DNA of 64,000 nucleotides from Carcharhinus longimanus (lineage: Eukaryota), in the NCBI GenBank assembly GCA_030264375.1, contig JASCQW010000072.1, forward strand, positions 55,642,728 through 55,706,727, read 5' to 3'. A program made the position numbers and the translations under genes. Under the pieces are notes generated by a model that worked only from the letters and a program-made list of their open reading frames with translations, did not search any database and was not told the origin of the DNA. Positions 35,691 to 48,369 of this stretch are shown one piece after another. Within the stretch, counting starts at the first letter, position 1. Each line of letters opens with the position of its first letter.

Positions 35691-36404
35691 TTGTCTACAA
35701 TTACACTCAAAACCTAACCCTGACTAATTGCTTTCTCTCCTGTGAATATGCTATTACATTCACAGTTACAAACTGGAGACTCACTGAGCACCTCCCATTC
35801 CTCCATCTTCCATTAGAAACGTTCATGTTTCATTCTTAATGGGCTTCATATTCATTTTCCTATTTACTCTTTAGCCTCATAAATTCAATCATTTTCTCTT
35901 GTACTCCTTGACAGTTCTTCAGATCCACTCAAAGCTTTTTTGCTTCTCCCCTATAATTTTGCCAATCTNNNNNNNNNNNNNNNNNNNNNNNNNNNNNNNN
36001 NNNNNNNNNNNNNNNNNNNNNNNNNNNNNNNNNNNNNNNNNNNNNNNNNNNNNNNNNNNNNNNNNNNNAGATCCACTCAAAGCATTTTTGCTTCTCCCCT
36101 ATAATTGTGCCAATCTGCTACATTTTTTGATCTATTACAGATTGATTATGTGTCCATTTTTTTCTCATTTCGCTTTTTGTTTGTCCTGGAATTGCAGTTT
36201 TTGCTGCTGTCTCTTTACTGCCTCTCAGAACATGTCCAGATTGTACCATAAATATTCCTTTGATCAGACACCTACACAAAACAGGCTTCACTACAAACCA
36301 ACTGGGCTTAGATAAAGCACAAAGACAAAGAAACGTAGGGATTTCTGATTCAGCAGCTGATGGCAATATAAAATTATATAAAGCAGATGGGTAGTTACCA
36401 GGTT

Positions 36405-36935
36405 ATGATCTCCTTATCTGGGGAAGGATGTTCTTGCTCTAGAGGGAGTGCAGCGAAGGTTTATCAGACTGATTTTTGGATGGCGGGAATGACATACAAG
36501 GACTGACTGAGTTGGTTAGGATTATATTTGTTGGAGTTCAGAAGAATGAGGGAGGCCAGGGGTCTCTTGGAAACATATAAAATTCTAACAGACTACACAG
36601 GATAGATTCAGAAAGAATGTTCGCAATGGTGGGAGTGTCCAGGGGTCACAGTCTGAAAATACAGGGTAAATTTTTTCAGACTAAGATGGGGAGAAATTTC
36701 TCCATCCAGAGCGTGGTGAGCCTTTGGAATTTGCTTCCACAGAAAATAGTTGAGATTCAAAAAAAACTGCAGCTTTTCAAGAAGTCAGATGTAGGTCTTG
36801 GGATGAAAGGGATCAAAGGATTTGGGCAGAAGGTGGGAACAGGTTGAATTGGATGATCAGCCATGGCCATAATGAATAGCAGAGCAAGACTGGAGATGAA
36901 TGGCCTCCTCCTGCTCCTATTTTCTATGGTTCTAT
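36405..36935 (+). mobile_element. CR1-like LINE 3' end
   Basis: CCTTATCTG.GGAAGGATG...GTGCAGCGAAGGTTTA; SRGHSLKIQG...VVSLWNLLPQK; CR1 tail. Confidence 0.9.
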
Positions 36936-37329
36936 GACATCAATGACAGGACTTTAAATTAATTTATGGAATGTGGGTGTCACTGGCTCGTCCCTATTTA
37001 CTCCTGGTAACACCCACTTTCCTCTTCAGAAATGGTTTAAATGTCATGCTGAATGTTGTTATCAAAATGAATCTTTTTTTTAAATCAAATGATGAGTGTT
37101 TCAAAACTACAAACACAAGCACAACACGCTCTTCCAATTTGGCTCTCTTCCTCCTTGGTTTTCTCTCCTTAAGCCCCTGCTTCTCCATCTCTCTTTCCTT
37201 CTTTAAGATGCTCCTTAAGAATGCTTACTCCCATCTCCCTGCTTTAACTCATCTGCTGAAGAAACACCCATCCATACATTTCCAACTATTCCAATGTACT
37301 CCTGGTCAGCCTCCAATTTTCTATAGAAT

Positions 37330-37640
37330 GTTCAAATTCTCAGCCTGGTTTTCAAATCCCACCATCCTCATTTCTAATCCTCTCCAGCCCTACCATCCTC
37401 TCAGGTACCTGCGCTCGTCTAATTCTGACCTCTTTCAGTACCTGCAGTTTTAATTACTCACCATTGATGGCCATGATTTCAGCTGCCAAGAAGCTCCAGA
37501 ATTGACTCTTGACTGTCAACATTTATCTTCTTGAAGAGGCTCCTTAACACCTAGCTCTTTGCTCAAGCTTTGGACAACATCTCCTATGGTGTCAAATTTT
37601 GTTCCATAATGCTCCAGTGAAGAGCATGGAGCTCTTTCAG
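37330..37640 (+). mobile_element. L2-like LINE 3' fragment
   Basis: TAATCCTCTCCAGCCCTACCATCCTCTCAGGTACCTGCGCTC...TTCAGCTGCC. Confidence 0.75.
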
Positions 37641-37724
37641 TAAACCATTTCAACAAAGAACATGAGTTACCGTTTCAGTAAACTAAAGGAACAAATTGCT
37701 ATTCTGATTGTAGGGATTCTATGG

Positions 37725-38030
37725 ATAAAGACAGTGCAGAAGGAGGCCATTCAGCCTATCAAGTCTGCACCAACAACAATCCCACCCAGACTCTATCCCT
37801 GTAACCCCACAAATCCCTCTAACCTATGCATCCTGAAATACTAAGGGCCAATTTAGCATGGCCAATGTACCTAATCCACACGTCTTTGGACTAAGGGAGG
37901 AAACTGGAGCACCCAGAGGAAACCCACGCAGACACAGGGAGAAAGTTCAAATTCCACACAGGCACTGACCCAAGCCAGGAATCGAACGCGGTCCCTGGAG
38001 CTGGGAGGTAGCAGTGCTAGCCACTCTGCC
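37725..38030 (-). mobile_element. HE1-like V-SINE
   Basis: AGAAGGAGGCCATTCAGCC...GGAAACTGGAGCACCCAGAGGAAACCCACGCAGACAC. Confidence 0.9.
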
Positions 38031-38267
38031 TCCTTGACATCTAGCTCTTTGATCAAGCTTTGGGCAATACCTCCTTATGGTATGTTTTACTCCTATAATA
38101 AGAGTAGGAAGCAGGAGGAAGCTTAGGCGGAAAAAACACACGTGACCTCCGCCAAAACTTGATCACAATAGAAATGCCTTTGTTTTGGAATTGGCAGCTA
38201 AGACACACACGAGGCAGACTGACAGTATAACTCTCTACCAAGGCAACACAAGAATGAACAATTGATT

Positions 38268-38590
38268 GACTCTTTTATATAACACCTTTGACAACTTCAG
38301 GACATTCCAAAGTGTTTTGTAGCCAATTAAGTACTTCTGAAGGGTAGTCACTGTTGTAATGTTGGAAATGCAGCAACCACTACAGCAAGCTCCCATAAAT
38401 AGCAATGTGATAACGATCATACAATCTGTTTTAGTGATGTTGACTGAGGGATAACTGGTGGCCAGGACATCATGCATTATTTACATCCTCCTCTTTGAAA
38501 TAGTGCCAAAGGCTCATTCCAAGTCCATCTGAGGGGGAAGGCAGGTCCAAACGATAGCACTTCCGATGCTGCCACACCCCCTCAGCCTTG
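38268..38590 (-). mobile_element. DeuSINE
   Basis: GTAGTCACTGTTGTAATG...ACAGCAAGCTCCCATAAATAGCAATGTGATAA. Confidence 0.88.
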
Positions 38591-38700
38591 CTATTACAGA
38601 GGGACTTTTCCAGCCCCTCTAGCTGGCAGGATCTTCTGGCCCTGCCAAGGTGAATCGAAATTCGAATGACTCACCACACCTGTCATGGCAGGATATGCCG

Positions 38701-39080
38701 TGATGTGGAGATGCTGACGTTGGACTGGGGTAAACACAGTAAGAAATCTCACAACACCAGGTTAAAGTCCAACNNNNNNNNNNNNNNNNNNNNNNNNNNN
38801 NNNNNNNNNNNNNNNNNNNNNNNNNNNNNNNNNNNNNNNNNNNNNNNNNNNNNNNNNNNNNNNNNNNNNNNNNTGTGGAGATGCTGACGTTGGACTGGGG
38901 TAAACACAGTAAGAAATCTCACAACACCAGGTTAAAGTCCAACAGGTTTATTTGGCAGCAAACGCCTCTAGCTTTAGGAGCGCTGCTCCTTCGTCAGGTG
39001 ACTCAGCACTCCAAAAGCTAGCGGCTTTTGCTACCAAATAAACCTGCATGACTTTAACCTGGTGTTGTGAGACTTTTTAC
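38701..39080. mobile_element. Penelope-like inverted terminal fragment (family P1), spanning an N-gap
   Basis: Inverted arms of about 75 bp (38909-38985 / 39004-39080); hammerhead-like core on the minus strand. Confidence 0.8.
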
Positions 39081-40179
39081 TAAGGATATGCCATGCCAAG
39101 ACTGCAAAGCCGTAGCCAAGGAGTCAGAATTGACTTTGCTACTGAAATCTTGCGAATGATGTGTGAAGCAACAGCCTTCTGCGCCAAAGGTAAGAGTCCT
39201 ACTGACTGAGCCACTGTGGACACTCCAATCAACAGTCCAGTCCTACCCAGAAGATTAAACACACCAAGCACATCGACAGCCTGGTTCTACATACCCAGCA
39301 CCTTCTATAACCATAGATTGAGTTACAGAGACACAGTTTGAGGGTATAATTCACAATGTTATCATTGCCACCCATCACGACATTGCGGCTTTACCATCAG
39401 AATCATCCAAAGCTGTGGTGCAATTGTCCAAAACAAAAATATGACCCATTTCAACTTATCCTCAAACACCAAAAAATGTAATTTTCTGCAATAATCGATG
39501 ATGTCAATACTTTGTCAACTCACTGTTTGATTGCAAGTTGAAGAGCATGACAGGAAAATTAATTGCATCAAAACTAATCAGATATAAAAGGTTTCTAATG
39601 ACAATATTCATTTCTTTAGAAGCCATTAGTCAATGGGAGAATCTAATCGCTGAGTAATATATGATTAAGTCCATTATACAACAACAATTAGCATTCTGCT
39701 AAATCATTTTGTCAATCTTGGTGGTCAGGAATGATACGCGTAGGTGGACAGTAAAGGCTTTTAGAGGCCCCAGCACAAGCCTGAGGTTGGCATGGCCAAC
39801 TGATACTTTCTTATTGGGAAGGCCCCATACAATGCAAGACACACAAAGGTAAGAGGATCACGGGGATCCATCTGGAAATAGTAAGAGAAGGCTCATGTTT
39901 TAAAGTGCCAGAATAAAAAGAGGAAAGAAACGTAAAGAAGCAAGAGTTCAACAAGTACGAGGTTGAGCAGAAAAACGGGAGTTAACTGAAATAGTCTGTA
40001 ACACATTGCAGCAGCAACACAAACCAAGCTTCTAATGACCCAGGAAAAAGAATTTTTAAAAATGCAACTGCCAATATGGACATCATAACTGAACACAAGA
40101 ACTGCTCGTGAAAAAAAAACACTGGGAGGGTCCATCTAATTTATCTTTTACTATCCTAGCAGTTGCATTTTTATTCCTT

Positions 40180-40505
40180 CTTTTTTCATGGGCTGGCAAG
40201 GTTATTTTCCAAACCTAATTATCCTAGGAATAGAGTGGCTTGCTCAACCATTTCAGAAGACAATTAAGAGTCAATCACATTGCTGAGAGTCTGGAGTCAC
40301 ATACAGGCCAGGCCAGGTAAGGACGGTAGATTTCAATCCTTAAAAGACATAAATGAACCAGATGGGTTTTTACAATTGATAATATTCTTATGGTATTATA
40401 TCGAGACTAGTTTCATATTCTAAGTTTTATTAGCTGAGTTCAAATTCCACCAGTGGGATTCGAACCTTTGTTCCTAGAACATTAACCTGGACCTCCAGAC
40501 TACTG
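40180..40505 (-). mobile_element. SINE family B, near full length
   Basis: GAGTCAATCACATTGCTG..TCTGGAGTCACAT...TGAACCAGATGGGTTTTTAC...GGGATTCGAACC. Confidence 0.85.
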
Positions 40506-40999
40506 GTTTTTAATCCACCCAAATGATGCAATAATGGAGCAGCTGATTAATTCTGATAATTAATCTCTAATCTACAACAGACCCAGACTGTTTTCAGGAA
40601 AATAATGGAAAATTGAAGGAAAAAAGCCAGTGATGGAAAGCTTGAATGAAACCCAAATGCCTTCACATGGAGCGGAACACAAAAAAAAACTCAGACCACC
40701 TGGACCATAGCCTGGCTTCAGTGGCAAGGTGAGGCAGGAGATTGTCCACCTGCCTTCCACAATTGGCAATGTGTGTGGCTGCTAGTGTGTGGGGCAGTGC
40801 ATTTGGAGACAACATATCCCACCTATGAGTCAAAATCACAAGTGCCTCAAAACAGGTCAACTCTTGGGCAACTCTCCTTCTCCTTCAAAGACAGGCTTGT
40901 AAAGACTAAGAGGAAATAACTTGCTCCTATGCACCCCGGTCCTATTAATTCAGCCAGAATGCTGTGCCTACTGCCCAACAAAGTATATCCTGATTAAGA

Positions 41000-41310
41000 C
41001 AACAGTAGAAGCAGAAGTAAACCATTTGGCCCATTGATGCTGCTCCACCATTCAATGAAATCATGACTGATCTAATATGATAATCCTCAGATCCACTTGC
41101 CTGCCTTATCCCCGTGACCCAAGATTCCTTTACTGATTAAAAATAAATCTGTATCGCAACTTCAAACATGCTTAACGACCAGTCTCTACAGTGAAGAATT
41201 CCACAGATTCACTATCCTTAGGGAAGAAATTCCTCATCTCTATTTTAAATGGGCAACTCTTTAATCTGAGATTATGCCCTCTGATCCTAGACTCTCCCAC
41301 AAGAGTAAAT
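41000..41310 (-). mobile_element. CR1-like LINE 3' end
   Basis: LVGESRIRGHNLRLKSCPFKIEMRNFF plus tail. Confidence 0.85.
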
Positions 41311-42569
41311 AACAGATGTATAACATGTTTCAGTTTTAGAGTGTGTGGAAGGTGCCCAGAGGGAAGCACGCTTACCTCAGAGCTGATGATCGTGGGTTCC
41401 AAACCTACTCCAGAGTGTGCGTAAAAGCTGGCAGGTGCATTTCTGTTACAACAGTGAGTACACTTCAATGTCACGTACGAAACTGATGCTATTGTAATGC
41501 ACATTCTTCCTTTCCCTACAGACTTGATCAAAAATCCAAAAGTGAGGGCCAAGAAAATAAATTCACTAACTGTAAAAGTCAAAATTGAACTTGGTTTGAT
41601 GTTAATCTGAGCAGTTAGATTTGTGTGATAAAATAATGAACCCAGCCGGATATTTCCGCATCAAACTTGTCTCAGCTGCAGTGACCAGAAGATTGGGGCA
41701 GAAAGAGGACTGTATTAAAGTGAAGCTTACAATCCTCCAGTGAGACTGCTGAAAGCATTCACATACACCGAGCAAGACCACTGCTGTCAACTGATTGTGA
41801 TGTGCTCTTGCAATTTGCCAGACAGGCTGGAAAATGCGATATTGCAGTCACACAATCTTTGCCAACCGTATACAGCCCCTGCAGCAACAATAAACACTCT
41901 TTAAAAGGCTCATGACTATGGCAATAGAGCCCACAGTATGAGCTTTAAATTGGCCAAAAATAATGAAATACAGAACCAGATGGAGAACACGTGTGTTCAG
42001 GGTAACACCTTACTAAAAGTCAGACCAATAGAATTGATTCCAGGTGATGGAAGATGGCAGCTTTTCTCAGCTGCCTTTGAGACCTAGATGAAAAAAAGAA
42101 TGGGCAGTGATACATCTTACAATGCCTCGTTTAAACAAACGTCAGCCACCTCAGGAGAACCCTGCAGCCATCTGCTATCCTGCAGCTCCGAGACATGTGT
42201 ATGGGGGGCTGGATCAGTAGAGTCTCTCGTGCGAGTGGTTTCTCATCTTCCCTCCCATCTTATTGGGAGAGTTGTTACTGTGAAAAGCCCAGGGACCATT
42301 TCGCTAGGTTTTCCTGTCAGAGATCACGGAGCTCTGGCCCACCCACCCGCACTGAGGTTGGAGAATGGAGGCAAGGTAGAACACAGTGCTGCTCAGTCTC
42401 ATCATTATCGCTGGTGGTGTCCACTCATTTTAACTTGGCAGAAAAACCCAGGCTTAGTTGGCTTCTGGGCCATGCACATTCTAAATGGTCTCACAACAAA
42501 ACTGGATGCCATGGGTTAATAAGCATGCTCTATTCTCCAACAATAACAGTCATTTCCAGTGAAATGTTA

Positions 42570-43030
42570 ACTATTCAGATGGACAGAAGACAAATTAGAG
42601 GAATGGGCAGTTAGCTGGCAGATAGGAGTTCAATGCAGAGAAATGCAAAGTGATTCGTTTTGGTAGGCAAAACACGGAGAGAATACAAAATAAGTAAAAT
42701 TCTTAAAGGAATGCAGGAGCAGAGGGACCTAGTACATACATGTATAGACCACTGAAGGTGGCAGGAGAGGTGGACAGAGCAGTTAATACAGCGTACAGTA
42801 TTCTGTTTTTTATAATAGGACTTCAGCTGGAATATTGTGTATAGTCTAGGATGCCACACTATAGGAATGATGTGACTGCATTGGAGAGGGTTCAAGAGAG
42901 GTTTACAAGAATGGTTCCAGAATTGAGAGACTTCAGTTATGAGGATACATTGGACAGGCTGGGACTTTTCCTCTTGGAGGAAAGAAGGCTAAGAGGAAAT
43001 TTGATAGAGATGTTCAAAATTATGAGGGGG
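42570..43030 (+). mobile_element. CR1-like LINE ORF2 fragment
   Basis: PHYRNDVTALERVQERFTRMVPELRDFSYEDTLDRLGLFLLEERRLRGNLIEMFKIMRG. Confidence 0.92.
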
Positions 43031-43034
43031 CTGG

Positions 43035-43230
43035 GCATTCTCCCCATGGGTTTCCTCCCACAGTCCAAAGATGTGCGAGTTAGGTGGATTGGCCATGCTA
43101 AATTGCCTCTTATTGCCAGGGCAACTAGCCAAAGTAAAACATATGGGGTTATGGGGATAGGGCCTGGGTGGGATTGCAATTGGTGCAGACTCGATGGGCC
43201 ATATGGCCTCCTTCTGCACCATAGGAGTCA
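43035..43230 (+). mobile_element. HE1-like V-SINE 3' part
   Basis: TTCCTCCCACAGTCCAAAGATGTGCGAGTTAGGTGGATTGGCCATGCTAAATTGCC. Confidence 0.9.
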
Positions 43231-43254
43231 ACGATTCTGCGAACAGCGGGAGCA

Positions 43255-43600
43255 ATGTGTGTACCATCTACAAGATGTACTGCAGGAATTCACCAAGGCT
43301 CCTGCAACAGCATATTCCAAGCCCAATACTACGACCATCCAGAAAGCCAAGAGTAGCAGATATCTGGAAACACCACCACCTGGAGGTTGCCCTCCAAATC
43401 ACTCACTAGCCCAATTTGGAAATATATTGCTGTCCCCTCACTGTCACCGGGTCACACTCCTGGACCTCCTTCTCTGACAGCACTTTGGGTGTACCTACAT
43501 CTCAGGGACTGTAACAGTTCAAAGTGACAACTCACCATCTGATGGGCAATAAATGCTGACCTAACCAGCGATGTCCACATCCCGTAAAATGAATTTTTAT
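43255..43600 (+). mobile_element. LINE family J 3' end
   Basis: GTGTACCATCTACAAGATGTACTGCAGG...GGGCAATAAATGCTGACC...CACATCCCG. Confidence 0.85.
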
Positions 43601-44934
43601 AAATTCGCCACAGACAACAACAAAAAACTAAAGGAAATGTTGCTGAACACAGCATCTTAAACTACTCAGTAATAAGTCTCTCAACACCAGGTTAAAATTA
43701 CTAAATTATTCAGACTGTTTCCCAAAATACTTTCTGAAAGAAATATTAGTACAAATTCAATAGTGTCCCCAAGGACCCTGTGCCAAAGGCTGATCACACA
43801 TTCATTGAAATACTGTTGCTGCCAATTCACAACCCGTTCAAGAACAGGCCAAATCCTCTGGCTTTCCTCTTCCTCAGGGTGAAGTAGTTCATCATGAAAG
43901 CTTCCCGATCGAGGCTGAAGCAGTACAACAGTGACATTCCCATTACGGCAAAGTCCTCTCTACTGACTGTCATCCCATAGTACAGCAAACGCTGGCAGCA
44001 ACCAGGTGCTTTCAGGGTTAAAAGCTCGATAGCAGTTTTCACACACTGCACTGCTATTTTACTAACTATGCCCATTACAGCCAATTGCTACTGGGAGTGT
44101 TAGATGAAAATTAAGTGGAAAATGCAGCAGTGAGCCAACTTGCTGCACATTAGCTAATGCACTCATCTGTGAAGACAGTATAGGTGGGGGAGTTGGAACC
44201 TGGGGATGATCTCACTCAGGCGGCCATCCCAATGCCTGGAAAATCACCCATAATACTGATATCTCCGATATCTGGAATTATGAGGCCACAAAAGATGAAA
44301 AATTAGCTGCAACAGGTCTCTCAATCCTAAAGGAGGGGCAGAGTGAATACGTTAGGCATAGTTCCTTAGAATTCACTCCAACATCAATCCGGCCAACAGA
44401 TCTCCTCAGTTTTCCTTTCACGCTGATTTTCAAAGATAGACAAGGTCTTACCACTCAGGTAATGCTCCAGTGCCGTACTTAATGAATTCATCATGTTGGC
44501 TTGTTCTAATCAGGCTATGTTTCTTCATGTTGCATCCCACTACTCAAAAAATCTATTGTACCGCCTTTGCCAATCCATTCTTTGTCTGTACCTCATACAC
44601 TAACACATGTTGCTTCTCTGCTCTCTTCTCTTCCTCCTCCAAAGCTTTCAAGACAACTTGCTCAGTGTAATATCCTAACTATGTTAGGGGTTGTGGATTT
44701 TAAACAAAAAGAAAAAGACATGGTTTGCACACATCACTTCAAAATAACAATAAGGTTTATTGAGGGGCTGTTGCCCACAGAGAAGAAGAAACTAAAGAGC
44801 CTGTGAAACACTCCAATGACATCGCCAGCAAATCAAGTGACCGGCTCTTAAAGCAATCCTGCAACTATTTAAATATATAAATACTCAGCCTCCTGCAGCA
44901 CCTCGAAATTTCTCAATTTTTACTCAGCAGAAAG

Positions 44935-45625
44935 CAGTTGTGTAGTGGTAATGTCACTGAACAAATAATCCACAGGCTTAGGCTAATGATTTGAGGACAT
45001 GGGTACAAATCCCTTCACTGCAATTCATGGAATTTAAATTCAGTGAAAGTCTGGAATACAAAGTTCGTCTCAGTAATAATAACTGTCCAATAGTTTCTGA
45101 AGAAGTCACATGAACTTGAAACTTTTAACTGTTTCTCCCTCACTGATACCTGCTGAGTGTTTCCAGTATTTTCTGTTTCTATTTTGATTACCACAAAAAC
45201 CCATCTGGTTTACTAATGTCCTTTGGTGAATCTATGGAATTCTCTGCCCGTTGAGGTGGTGGAGGCTGCCTCGCTAAATATTTTCAAGAAGCGGGTTGAN
45301 NNNNNNNNNNNNNNNNNNNNNNNNNNNNNNNNNNNNNNNNNNNNNNNNNNNNNNNNNNNNNNNNNNNNNNNNNNNNNNNNNNNNNNNNNNNNNNNNNNNT
45401 CTTATTGAATGGCGGGGCAGGCTCGAAGGGCCAGATGGCCTACTCCTGCTCCTATTTCTTATGTTCTTATGTTCAGGGAAGGAAATCTGTCATCTTTATC
45501 TGGCCTGGCCTACATGTGACTCCAGACACAGCAATATGGTTGTTGCCCTGAACTGCCTTCTGCAATGACCTAGCATTTCAAGGGCAATCAGGGATAGGCA
45601 ACAAATGCTAGTCTTACCATGAAAG
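44935..45625 (+). mobile_element. SINE family B carrying a nested P2 fragment (45095-45190) and a CR1 3' end (45224-45472)
   Basis: Head GTGTAGTGGTAATGTCACTG; body resumes at AAAAACCCATCTGG and TCAGGGAAGGAAATCTG. Confidence 0.85.
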
Positions 45626-45639
45626 ATTGAACAAGAAAC

Positions 45640-46250
45640 ACCAGACACATGGACACCACCAACTACACATTTTCTTCCCAAGCCACACGCCATCCTGACT
45701 TCAAACTATATTGCCATTCCTTTTCTGTCACTAGGTGAAAATCTTGGAACTCTCTTCCTGACAGCACTGCAGCTGCACCTACGCCAGGCAAACCGCAGCA
45801 ATTCAAAAAGCTAGCTTGCCAACACCTTCTACGGAACACTGTAGTTTCTAAAACTATAAACTTCCAACAGGACTAGGCAGGGTAGATGCGGGAAGCATGT
45901 TCCTGATAACAGGGAGCCCAGAACCAGTCACAGTCTCAGGATAAGATATAAACCTAAGGTGAGGACTGAGACGAGGAGAAATTTCTACAGCCAGAGAGTG
46001 GTCAGCCTATGGAATTCACTATCATACAAAGCAGTTGAAAGCAAGACATTGTATGCTTTCTGAAGGAGTTAGATTTAGTTTTTGGGGCGAAGGATATTAG
46101 GGAAGGCAGGACCAGGCTATTGAGTTGGATGATTAATCATGATTATAATGGATTGCTTTTGAGCAGTCTCAAAAGGCTGAATGGCCATCTCCTACTCATT
46201 TAGTATGTTCCCAGGACAACTGGGGATTGATGGGACCGGTAGATTCCATC
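45640..46250 (+). mobile_element. LINE family J tail interrupted by a CR1 3' end (45850-46205)
   Basis: CCAAGCCACACGCCATCCTGACTT...; GAGAGTGGTCAGCCTATGGAATTCACT; GGACAACTGGGGAT resumes. Confidence 0.75.
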
Positions 46251-46897
46251 AATGTAAATTGCTGGAACATTTAGACCCTCGTTTTTCTCTTCCACTTCAC
46301 CTTAATTTCTCAATCTTAAAAAAAACAACTAATTCACGGGAGAGGTTTCCATTTTGTGTGGCGGTCACTGCTTTTAAACTTGCTGTATATCTTTACGGAA
46401 AAGTGAAATCCATTTTGAATGGAAAGATTTGTGTTGTATAGCAAAATGGAAACGCAGTTAAGGAATGTGTCAGTCTGTATACTCTCTAGGGCACTGACCA
46501 GTGCACAAGGGATCAGAAGATCAGTTTGTAACCTTGATGCTGCTGCTATAGGTTATTAATGTTTGGGAGGCAGTTGCTCGCTGCTATTTTTTTCTGTTCA
46601 CTGAGAATCTCTGGGAGTCAAGGTGTCCAATTTTGCACAGTGAATTCAGTCTGACAACACATTGACCTTTCTTTTAAAAAGGAAGAACGCAAGTAAAAAC
46701 AATGCATTTATATTGTGCTTTTGGTGATCTCAATCCAAATTACTTTATTGCCTATTATGTATTGTTGTCATGTAGAAAAAACACTCACCAATTTATGTGA
46801 TAATGATCCACTAATCCATTTTGATGACGTGGTTGATGGATTAATATTTACCAGTTTAAGGAAAACTCACTTGTTCTTCTTTGAAGAGTTAATAAAA

Positions 46898-47200
46898 ACA
46901 TAGAAATTAGAAGCAAGGATAGGCCATTTGGTCCTTCGAGCCCGCTTGGCCTTCATTTTCATCATGGCTGATCACTGAATTCAATATCCTGACCTCCTCT
47001 TCCTCCCACATCCTTCGATCTCTTTAGCTCCAAGAGCTATAACTAATTTCTTTTTAAAAATCAGATGTTTTGGTTTCAGTTACTTTCTGTGGTAGTGAAT
47101 TCCACGCATTCACCACTTTCTGGATCAAGAAATTTCTCCTCGCTTCAGTTCCAAAAGGTTTACCCCTTATCCTCAAAATATGACACCTACTTCTGGACAC
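46898..47200 (-). mobile_element. CR1-like LINE 3' end
   Basis: ACATAGAAATTAGAAGCAAGGATAGGCCATT...GGTAGTGAATTCCAC. Confidence 0.85.
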
Positions 47201-47294
47201 ACCCAGGATTTTTTTTTATATATATACACACACATCCATCAGAAATGGAGACTTAGTTTAATGGTTCATTTGAAAGACAGTGAGAAATTCACAG

Positions 47295-48050
47295 GAACGC
47301 AAGGAATAGGAGCAGGATTAGACCACTTGGCACTTCAAACCTGATCTGCCATTTACTGTGATCATGGCTGATCTTGGACTTTAAGTCTATTTTCCTGCTG
47401 CTCGCTATATCTCAACTCCCCAAAAATCTACCTATCCAACTGGCCCAAATGTATTCAATGATGGAGCACCCAGAATTCTCTGGGGTAGAGAATTCCAAAG
47501 TTTAACAACCCTGTTTTGAGTGAAGCAATTTCTCTTTATCTCAGTCCTAAACGATCGGTGTCTCATCCTATATCTTTTTAATTCGCTCATGAGATGTGGA
47601 TGTCGTTGGCTGGGCCAGCATTTATTGCCCATCTCAGAGGACATTTAAGAATCAAGCACATTGCTGTGGGTCTGGCGTCACATGTAGGCCAGACTGGGTA
47701 ACGGCAGCAGACTTCCTTCCCCAAAGAGTTTTCAATTACATATCAATAATGGTTTCAAATTCCACCATCAGCCATGGGTGGGATGTGAACTCAGATCCCC
47801 AGAACTTTACCCTGGGTCTCTGGATTATTATACTGCTACTGTCTCCCTGAGATGCTCTCTCCTGTATTTTAGATTCCCTGACCAGTGTGAACAATCTCCC
47901 AGTATCCCCCTTTCAAGCCACTTCAGAACAGTGCAGCTTTAAAAGAGATCATCTTTCATTCTTCTACAGAACATCAGCCCAAATAACTCAGCGTCTCATC
48001 GTGGGACAACCTCTTCAACCCAGGCAGCAATTTAATGAACCTTTTCTCCT
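47295..48050 (-). mobile_element. CR1-like LINE 3' end split by SINE family B (47578-47830)
   Basis: RTEIKRNCFTQNRVVKLWNSLPQR; GCCAGCATTTATTGCCCATC. Confidence 0.8.
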
Positions 48051-48369
48051 ATGTTCATTCATTTATAAGCACAATGCCTTACACTTTCCTTTTCCTTTGC
48101 AATATTTCCAAAAAAAATTTCACTCCATTTTTACATTTTTCCCAGTACAGTTTACAGATAGCTAACACTCTATCCACTCAAACTCTATCAGGCAATTCGC
48201 CACACCATAGAAACACAATCTATATGTTAAACAATTCTTCAATTGCACTCACAGTTTAATATCATCCTTTTACCTGCAGCTGCTTTTCAACACATTGTTT
48301 CAAGTCATGTTTGAATATGAAACTTAAAGCAAATCACAAGTCAATAGACAATGAACGTGCTAATCAAGA

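Noticed and set aside
35921-36116. 48-bp near-duplicate flanking an N-gap
   Set aside because: Same gap-edge pattern; probably an assembly or haplotype artefact.
36971-37453. 160-aa ORF
   Set aside because: Low-complexity pyrimidine-rich sequence running into an L2 fragment.
38704-38943. 70-bp direct repeat either side of an N-gap
   Set aside because: An exact duplicate flanking a 100-N gap is most likely unmerged contig overlap, though tandem pLTRs cannot be fully excluded.
42851-43477. Longest ORF (208 aa) as a gene
   Set aside because: Chance read-through of three abutting repeats: CR1 ORF2 piece, V-SINE and LINE J tail.
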